From Candidatus Saccharimonadota bacterium (GTDB lineage Bacteria; Patescibacteriota; Gracilibacteria; UBA4473): a stretch of 32,000 nucleotides of DNA. A program made the translations under genes and the position numbers. Positions 25,846 through 32,000 of the stretch are shown here, in pieces. Each line of letters starts with the position of its first letter. Position 1 is the stretch's first letter. Under the pieces are notes generated by a model. The model had not been told where the DNA came from. It made no database searches and saw only the letters and a list, made by a program, of their open reading frames with translations. The stretch lies in the NCBI GenBank assembly GCA_963677105.1, contig OY781871.1, forward strand, positions 510,001 through 542,000, in the 5' to 3' direction.

Positions 25846-26400
25846 ATGGCATTGCAGGACATCTTACAAAAAATCCTCGACGAAGCAGCTGTGGAAGTAA
25901 AAAATATTAACACAGCTCTTGAAGACGAGAAAAAACAATTAAAGCTAGAGATTGATAAGCAAACAGCTTTACAACAAGAAGATCTTGAAAAAAAGAAGAA
26001 TGAAGCTTTAACGGCGATTGAGACAAAAACAAACGCAATGGCTCGTCGTGACGTAAAATCTCTTCAACAAGAAGCTCGTCGTAAAGTCATTACGACGGCT
26101 ATGGAGAAATTTCTTACGCATCTGATAGAGTTGCCTGCAGCAGAATATCAATTAATATTAGAAAAATTAATGATACCCCTTTCTGGAGAAGGTGTTTTAT
26201 TGGTTCCGAGTTCTCGAGTAGAAATTACAAAGAAGGTGGCACCAAAAGGATTTACAGTAGAAGCGTCGCAAGACATTAGCGGAGGATTTTTAGCAAAACT
26301 TCCAACGGCGGAGGTAGATTGTTCATTCCGCGGAATTGTTTTTTCCGAATTTCGGAACGAAGTTGAGTCATTCTTTGCACAAAAATTGAACCTTATCTGA
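25846..26400 (+). CDS. atpE: V/A-type ATPase subunit E
   Basis: 184 aa. A long N-terminal helix (ILQKILDEAAVEVKNI...) is followed by a C-terminal globular domain ending GGF....P.....D.SF..I......E..S.....L. The position and length fit subunit E. Confidence 0.8.
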   Translation: MALQDILQKILDEAAVEVKNINTALEDEKKQLKLEIDKQTALQQEDLEKKKNEALTAIETKTNAMARRDVKSLQQEARRKVITTAMEKFLTHLIELPAAEYQLILEKLMIPLSGEGVLLVPSSRVEITKKVAPKGFTVEASQDISGGFLAKLPTAEVDCSFRGIVFSEFRNEVESFFAQKLNLI

Positions 26401-26402
26401 TA

Positions 26403-27413
26403 ATGACAAAAGAATTTTTATTTCTCTGTGGTCAGATCCGAGCGATGGAAGCAAAATTGCTTTCTCACGCACAGATTGATCGAATGGTTGGAGCAAAAAC
26501 ACCAGAGGAATCATTCCGGGTATTAACAGAATTGCAGTATGCAGAGAATTTTGATGAGGCAACGCGTCCACAAGATTTTTTCAAAATTATTAAACGCGGG
26601 TTATTAGAGACAAAAGAATTGATTGAAAAAGGGACGGACAATGATCCAGCGTTTGAATTTGTATGGAAAGAGTATGACTTAAGTAATATTAAACGTGCAC
26701 TAAAACTAAAACTTCTCGACGGAACGACAGAATTAGGTGGGTTTTCAGAAAGTGATGGATTTTCTTTTCTCGGCTCTCTTTCTGCCGCGATAATTGATGC
26801 AGCAGTTTTCCACGGGGAAACAGAGAAATTACCTCGAGAGTATAGAAAAGCTATAGTAGAAGCAGAAGAAGTTTTTGTTGACACTGGATCGTTTCGTTCA
26901 ATTGAGTTCATTCTTGACCGTGCTCATTTTGACTTTTTAAAACGCGTAGCAAATAGTCATCGAATGCCAGTGTTGAAGGAGTTGCTTCAATTACGAGCGG
27001 ACGGAACAAATTTACGAAGTGCAGCACGATGTGTTCTGGTCTGGGACGAAACGCTAGACAAGGAAGCAGTATTGCCTCATGGAACGATTTCAACTGAAAT
27101 ACTTACACAAATTGATTCTATTGAATCTTTGAAAAATGCATTTAAAGCACATCCTTTCTTTGAACGATTTGAATCTGTTTTTACAGAGGATATCAATTCA
27201 GAAGAATTATTGATTCGACTGGAACGTCAAATCCACAATGCAGTCATCGAGTGGTTATCAGAGCTTGAATCTGGAGATATCGGGACAATTATTGTTCCAA
27301 TGACCTATCTCCAAAAACGAATTCGAAATGCGTCACGGATCCGATTCGTTATGGCTACAAAATTTTATGGTATTGAGCCAGAAAAAATTTATGAAACATT
27401 GAAACACTTCTAA
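26403..27413 (+). CDS. atpC: V/A-type ATPase subunit C (eukaryotic d homologue)
   Basis: 336 aa and helical. The typical opening is FLFLCGQIRAMEAKLLS...D.....A.TPEE....L....Y. The operon position between E and F fits. Confidence 0.8.
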   Translation: MTKEFLFLCGQIRAMEAKLLSHAQIDRMVGAKTPEESFRVLTELQYAENFDEATRPQDFFKIIKRGLLETKELIEKGTDNDPAFEFVWKEYDLSNIKRALKLKLLDGTTELGGFSESDGFSFLGSLSAAIIDAAVFHGETEKLPREYRKAIVEAEEVFVDTGSFRSIEFILDRAHFDFLKRVANSHRMPVLKELLQLRADGTNLRSAARCVLVWDETLDKEAVLPHGTISTEILTQIDSIESLKNAFKAHPFFERFESVFTEDINSEELLIRLERQIHNAVIEWLSELESGDIGTIIVPMTYLQKRIRNASRIRFVMATKFYGIEPEKIYETLKHF

Positions 27414-27415
27414 TA

Positions 27416-27772
27416 ATGGAAAATCAACTAAAATTAGCGGTTGTCGGAATGGAAAGCTCAATATTATTATATCGAGTGATTGGAGCGAGCACATTTGCTG
27501 TTTCAGATCACAATGAGGCGCGTGACATGGTTGAAAAACTAGCAGCAGAACACGCGGATGATGAAGCACAAACCCCAATATATGCAGTAATTTTTGTAGA
27601 AGAGGAATTTTACAAAAACTTACCAACAGATTTACTGAATAAGTTTGCAAAAAAATCGCTTCCAGCGGTAATTCCTACACCATCGCCAAGTGCGGTCGGT
27701 AAAAGTTTCGCCGTAAAACGGCTTTCTTCAATTGTCGAACGAGCAATTGGAAGTGATATTTTTAATAATTAA
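27416..27772 (+). CDS. atpF: V/A-type ATPase subunit F
   Basis: 118 aa. KLAVVGMESSILLYRVIGASTFAV....EA...V.KL......AVIFV.EE is the subunit F pattern. It lies immediately upstream of A. Confidence 0.8.
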   Translation: MENQLKLAVVGMESSILLYRVIGASTFAVSDHNEARDMVEKLAAEHADDEAQTPIYAVIFVEEEFYKNLPTDLLNKFAKKSLPAVIPTPSPSAVGKSFAVKRLSSIVERAIGSDIFNN

Positions 27773-27802
27773 TTTTCAAAATCCCCCTTTCACCGTATAA
27801 AC

Positions 27803-29563
27803 ATGAATGAAAAAAATCCCACTATCGTAAAAGTTTCCGGACCACTTGTCGTCGCAAATAATATGCACTCAGCTAAAATGTACGAGGTGGTGCGAGTTGG
27901 AAACGAAGGCCTCGTTGGAGAGGTTATCCGTCTTCAAGATGGACAAGCATCAATACAAGTATATGAAGAAACTGCTGGAGTTGGACCAGGAGAACCAGTT
28001 AAATGTACTGGTCAGACCTTGTCCGTCGAACTTGGACCCGGACTTCTTCAATCAATTTATGATGGAGTGCAGAGACCGTTAAAAGTGTTAGAAGAAAAAT
28101 CAGGACACTTTTTAGCGCGTGGTATTGACGCAGATGGACTTGATCACAATAAAAAATGGGACTTTGTTCCAACCGTTTCGAAGGGAGATACAGTAGGAGA
28201 AGGAGATGTTATTGGAACGGTTCAAGAGACATCACTTATTCTTCATAAGGTCATGGTTCCAGCTGGGATTAAAAATGCGAAAATTGAAAAAATTGAATCA
28301 GGACATCACACAGTTCTTGATGTTATTGCAACGGCCAAGACAGAGGATGGAGAAACAATAGAGATTAAGATGAGTCAGTATTGGCCAATTCGTATCGCAC
28401 GTAAAATCTCAAAGAAACGAGTGCCAGATACTCTATTGAAAACAGGGGGACGATCTATTGATATGTTTTTTCCACTTGTTCATGGAGGAGCTGGATGTAT
28501 TCCTGGGCCATTTGGATCAGGGAAAACAGTTACTCAGCAAACTTTGGCAAAATACTGTGATGCAGAGGTGATTGTTTATATTGGATGTGGAGAACGAGGA
28601 AATGAGATGACAGAGGTATTGAATGAGTTCCCAGAACTTATTGATCCAAATTCAGGAGAGCCATTGATGCGTCGAACAGTGATGATTGCAAACACTTCAA
28701 ATATGCCAGTTGCGGCACGTGAAGCGTCTGTTTATACAGGAATTACAATTGCTGAATATTATCGTGATATGGGATATAATGTTGCGCTGATGGCTGACTC
28801 AACATCACGTTGGGCAGAAGCAATGCGTGAGATTTCAGGACGTCTAGAAGAGATGCCAGGAGAAGAAGGATATCCAGCGTATTTGGGATCAAAAACTGCG
28901 GAGTTTTACGAACGAGCAGGAGCAGTTGATTGTCTTGGAGCAGAAGATCGACAAGGAGCATTGACAGTTATCGGAGCGGTTTCTCCTCCAGGAGGAGACT
29001 TGTCTGAGCCAGTGTCACAAAATACATTGCGTGTTACAAAAACATACTGGGGACTAGATGCACAATTGGCATATCAACGTCACTTCCCAGCAATTAACTG
29101 GTTGAAATCATATTCTCTCTATATTCCGAACTTGGACAAATACATGCGTGACAACGTTTCAAACGAATACTGGGACGTTCGATCTGATGCATTAGGATTA
29201 CTTCAAGAAGAAAATAAATTAGAAGAAATTGTTCGATTGGTTGGTCCAGAAGCATTGAGTTTCCGAGAAAAATTAGTGCTTTTGACAGCAAAATCTATTC
29301 GTGAAGATTTCTTGTATCAAGATTCATTTAGTGTTGAAGACGCATATACAATGCCTCAGAAACAATATCAAATGTTGAAGACAATTGTTACATTGTACAA
29401 AGAAGGAATGGTGCTTGCAGATCGTGAAGAATTTGATTTCAAAAAACTTGAAGAACATCCAGTGATTCACAAAATCGCACAAGTGAAAACATTCTCAAAC
29501 GATGAAACACAAGCGTTTGAAGATTTGCGAAGTGAAATTGCTCAAGTGATTGCATCATTGTAA
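27803..29563 (+). CDS. atpA: V/A-type ATPase catalytic subunit A
   Basis: 586 aa. It has the Walker A [23 protein letters not shown], Walker B/arm [34 protein letters not shown] and the non-homologous insert typical of A subunits. Confidence 0.97.
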   Translation: [586 protein letters not shown]

Positions 29564-29591
29564 TTACGAGAGATTAAATAGTAAGAAAATT

Positions 29592-29620
29592 AAAAACCCC
29601 TTCGCTTGCGAAGGGGTTTT
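29592..29620. terminator. strong rho-independent terminator immediately after atpA
   Basis: AAAAA, then CCCCTTCG (29597-29604), loop CTTG, CGAAGGGG (29609-29616), then TTTT. The A-run upstream also allows termination of the convergent 91-aa gene. Confidence 0.85.
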
Positions 29621-29634
29621 GTTGTGTGTTGTGT

Positions 29635-29910
29635 TTAAAAATCAGCTGGAATACTTAGTTGATAAGATATTGTTTGTGCAATATTGCACGCTCTTTCAGA
29701 ACACAGTCCTTCCGAAAAAGCATTTTCGATTGATTTGTTAAAGAAGTACGAAGGCATCATTCCACGCGTATTAACAAGACGAAAGCTTCTTACGAGCTCT
29801 TCTCGGTTCGTTTTATCTTCTTCGAGAAGCTTGATCCAGTTTTGAATTACTTCTTCATCTGATAAAACTACCCAATTTATTTGAGTTTTTTTGTTAATTT
29901 CCCTTTTCAT
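29635..29910 (-). CDS. hypothetical 91-aa protein (orphan, monocistronic)
   Basis: An intact ORF with a good Shine-Dalgarno (AGGAGAAAATT-ATG on the minus strand). It is bracketed by terminators on both sides. I recognise no motif. Confidence 0.45.
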   Translation of the reverse strand: MKREINKKTQINWVVLSDEEVIQNWIKLLEEDKTNREELVRSFRLVNTRGMMPSYFFNKSIENAFSEGLCSERACNIAQTISYQLSIPADF

Positions 29911-30003
29911 AATTTTCTCCTTTTTTTAGTTTTTTATTTGCCGATTTGTAAAAGAACACAACACAAAATTTGTTTCCTAGTTCTCTGATGCTCTCAGGAA
30001 CAC

Positions 30004-30034
30004 GGAAAAACAAAAGACCAGCCTCGCCAGTCTG
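30004..30034 (-). terminator. rho-independent terminator downstream of the TrpR-like gene
   Basis: The minus strand reads AGACUGGC-GAG-GCUGGUCU (8 bp including two G.U pairs; + strand 30015-30033), followed by UUUUGUUUUU. Confidence 0.6.
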
Positions 30035-30059
30035 TATTGATTGCAATTTTTTTGTTTAA

Positions 30060-30383
30060 TTACGCATCAAAACACGCTGGCGAAACTGTGCCAGAATGAT
30101 GATGTTGTGAATTGAGACGATTTAAAACAAGTTTGTATCCTTTATACTTTCCCTTCAGGAAACTCGAAATGCGAGCAATTGTTGTCGAACTCATTTTTGT
30201 TTTTTCTTCGATCTTTTTATAAGAGATTTTTTTATCAAGCATTTGAACAACTTCCCAACGCCGAGAGAAATCATTTATTTCGTCCATGGTCAGTAAATCC
30301 CGTAAAAATGCACTCATCTCTTGCTCGCTTTCAAGAGAAAGGAAAGCAGTTATGAGATTGCGCACGGAAGAATTGATTTTCAT
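30060..30383 (-). CDS. TrpR-related YerC/YecD-family DNA-binding protein
   Basis: SEQEMSAFLRDLLTMDEINDFSRRWEVVQMLDKKISYKKIEEKTKMSSTTIARISSFLKGKYKGY matches the YerC/YecD (Trp-repressor-like HTH) pattern. I chose the start at MKINSS (30383). The longer track ORF would overlap the divergent hisS. Confidence 0.7.
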   Translation of the reverse strand: MKINSSVRNLITAFLSLESEQEMSAFLRDLLTMDEINDFSRRWEVVQMLDKKISYKKIEEKTKMSSTTIARISSFLKGKYKGYKLVLNRLNSQHHHSGTVSPACFDA

Positions 30384-30486
30384 TTGCACGAGCACTTTAT
30401 TTAAGTAAAGTATTTTTGTCAAATTTTTTTTAAGACGAGGCTCTCCTTTTTTGAATACCAACCATAACTCTGCTAACATTCTCTCG

Positions 30487-31893
30487 ATGGCAAAACTAAA
30501 CACATCGACTCCAAGTGGATTTCCAGAATTTTCTCCTGCTGAGCAGCGTGTTATTCAACAGTGGAAACGAACAATTGCAGAAATATTCGAGAAAAACGGA
30601 TTTCCAATGCTCGAGACACCGCTTGTAGAACGTGCGGAAAATTTCGAAGCGAAGGGCGGAAATGCGAAGGAAATTTATATTTTAGATCGATTACGAAGAG
30701 AGGAAGCGGCGGATCAAGACAAAGATGTTCGCGCGATTCGTTTTGATCATACAGTTCCATTAGCGTTATACGTTGCACGTCATTTCAACGAATTAGCTTT
30801 TCCGTTTCGACGGTCAGTAATCGGTCCGGTTATGCGTGGAGAAAGGGCGCAAAAAGGACGTTTTCGACAATTTGATCAATGTGATATTGATGTGGTTGGA
30901 AGTGAAAAATTAAGTCTCGCCAATGATGCACAGATGGTTGCAATAATTTCTCAGATTTTTGAGAGATTAATGCCGGATCAAGGATTTATAATAAGTATTA
31001 GTAATATAAAAATATTAAAAGGCCTTTTTGGGCATTATGGTTTTTCTGATAGACAAATTATTGAATTAAAAAAAGTTCTTGATGATTATGAAAAAGTGTC
31101 ATATAAAGAATTTTCAAAACGTGTTCATGAAACAGGAGTGTCAGAAGAGTTTTTTGATTACTTTATGAAATTCATGGAAGATATAACAAAGATTGAGAGT
31201 AACGACGAAATAATAAAAAGACTAAAAGAGGAGGCAGAAAAGAAAGAAATAACAAATAGTTCTTTTTTAGAGGGGGTTAAAGAGTTAGAAAAAGTGTGGG
31301 GAATAATAAAAATAATGATAGACGTAAAGCTTAAAGACCCCGTATATTTAGATGAAATTGAAGAAAATGGGGAGAGGAGGAAAATATTTGTACGTGAAAA
31401 ATGTAAGTTTAATTTATGGATAGTTCGTGGACTCGACTACTATACTGGAACAGTTTATGAAACGAATCTTTTAAATGAAGACGGAACAATAAATAAATCA
31501 TTGGGTTCAGTTTGTTCTGGAGGAAGATATGACGATTTGGCGTCTCTTTTTACTGGGAAAATATTACCAGGAGTGGGAATTTCTATTGGACTTACTCGCC
31601 TACTTTGGCAACTGTTTGATGCAAAATTAGTTGATGTTGACCGAGTGAATAATTCAGAAGTGATCATTCTTTCTCGAAACACAGAGTTGATAAAAGAATC
31701 GATAAAACTCGGCTCAGTATTGCAAGAACAGGGAATCGCTGCGGAAGTGTATATGGAAGAAAAGAAAATTCAGAAGCAGTTTGATTATACAAAAAAGATG
31801 GGGATTCCATGTTGCGTAATTGTTGGAGAGGAAGATACGATTGTGGAATGTGATGATCTTGAGCTCAAAGCTCAGGTTGAGAATCTGATTTAA
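30487..31893 (+). CDS. hisS: histidine--tRNA ligase
   Basis: It has class II motif 2 (RGERAQKGRFRQFDQCDIDVVG), the HisA-type GGRYDDL, motif 3 (GVGISIGLTRL) and a C-terminal anticodon-binding domain (VIILS....L......L...GI.AEVY.......KQF.Y..K.GIP..VIVGEE). The start is taken at MAKLNTSTPSGF (30487) rather than the TTG at 30451. Confidence 0.9.
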   Translation: MAKLNTSTPSGFPEFSPAEQRVIQQWKRTIAEIFEKNGFPMLETPLVERAENFEAKGGNAKEIYILDRLRREEAADQDKDVRAIRFDHTVPLALYVARHFNELAFPFRRSVIGPVMRGERAQKGRFRQFDQCDIDVVGSEKLSLANDAQMVAIISQIFERLMPDQGFIISISNIKILKGLFGHYGFSDRQIIELKKVLDDYEKVSYKEFSKRVHETGVSEEFFDYFMKFMEDITKIESNDEIIKRLKEEAEKKEITNSSFLEGVKELEKVWGIIKIMIDVKLKDPVYLDEIEENGERRKIFVREKCKFNLWIVRGLDYYTGTVYETNLLNEDGTINKSLGSVCSGGRYDDLASLFTGKILPGVGISIGLTRLLWQLFDAKLVDVDRVNNSEVIILSRNTELIKESIKLGSVLQEQGIAAEVYMEEKKIQKQFDYTKKMGIPCCVIVGEEDTIVECDDLELKAQVENLI

Positions 31894-32000
31894 ATGCGAG
31901 ACTTTCCGCCGATAACGAAAGCGTTGCTTATTATAAATGTGATTATTTTCATCGCGAATCAGTTTGGAGCACTTCCATACACAGTTTCATTTCCAGGAAT
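31894..32000 (+). CDS. probable rhomboid-family intramembrane protease (N-terminal fragment, runs off window)
   Basis: My translation from the ATG at 31894, directly abutting the hisS stop codon (31891-31893) with no spacer, gives MRDFPPITKALLIINVIIFIANQFGALPYTVSFPG. The P.(I/V)T..L(I)..NV..F pattern is a typical rhomboid opening. Only 35 codons are visible. Confidence 0.4.
   Translation, partial: MRDFPPITKALLIINVIIFIANQFGALPYTVSFPG

Noticed and set aside
30384-30503. N-terminal 40 codons of the 147-aa TrpR-like ORF, and the TTG start of hisS at 30451
   Set aside because: The two long versions would overlap head-to-head. The conserved YerC/YecD domain begins after the internal Met (30383), and the HisRS conserved N-terminus begins at the ATG at 30487.
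1-32000. Search for CRISPR arrays, tRNA/rRNA genes, transposases/integrases and known defence-system genes
   Set aside because: I saw no periodic direct repeats, no cloverleaf-compatible intergenic segments and no recombinase or nuclease signatures by eye. The intergenic regions other than 3956-4553 are too short to hold such elements. A tRNAscan/Infernal run would be the decisive check.

Overview
AT-rich, tightly packed bacterial chromosomal window read in the standard code (TGA is a genuine stop, e.g. the ATGA overlap at 2750-2753). I call about 34 protein genes. I found no rRNA, tRNA, CRISPR array, transposase or integrase. By inference only, the source looks like a small-genome uncultivated bacterium, possibly Patescibacteria/CPR-like. 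The grounds are compact genes, 1-nt TAATG gene overlaps, secreted proteins ending in pilin-like TM hairpins, dprA, and fragmented core operons. Left to right: a RibD_C/DHFR-family gene (cut by the window edge), a ferritin-like+VIT1 iron transporter, a small 3-TM protein, a ThyA-family enzyme, a DUF1858-like protein and a GlmU/ST0452-like nucleotidyltransferase. A 600-bp very AT-rich spacer follows, then rpoC-rpsL-rpsG ending in a strong terminator. Next is a minus-strand block: Cys-less sunset-like membrane protein, dprA, M24 peptidase, secY, tatD. Then come a small secreted protein, a GT2 glycosyltransferase, prs and a nitroreductase. After these is a translationally coupled three-gene envelope module: a PP2C-like/beta-propeller membrane protein plus two Cys-rich proteins with VirB2/TrbC-like C-terminal hairpins. 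It is followed by a TPR protein and a V/A-type ATPase operon in the order H/G-I-K-E-C-F-A that stops at a terminator with no B or D subunit genes. The window ends with an orphan 91-aa gene, a TrpR/YerC-like regulator, hisS and the start of a rhomboid protease. Most noteworthy are: (1) the three-gene envelope module; (2) the V-ATPase operon lacking B/D, whose proteolipid carries a Na+-binding signature; (3) the ThyA homologue with Asp at the pyrimidine-specificity position; (4) same-strand DnaA-box-like 9-mers plus a nearly pure A/T tract upstream of an rpoC that has no adjacent rpoB. All functional calls rest on by-eye motif recognition, with no database search run.
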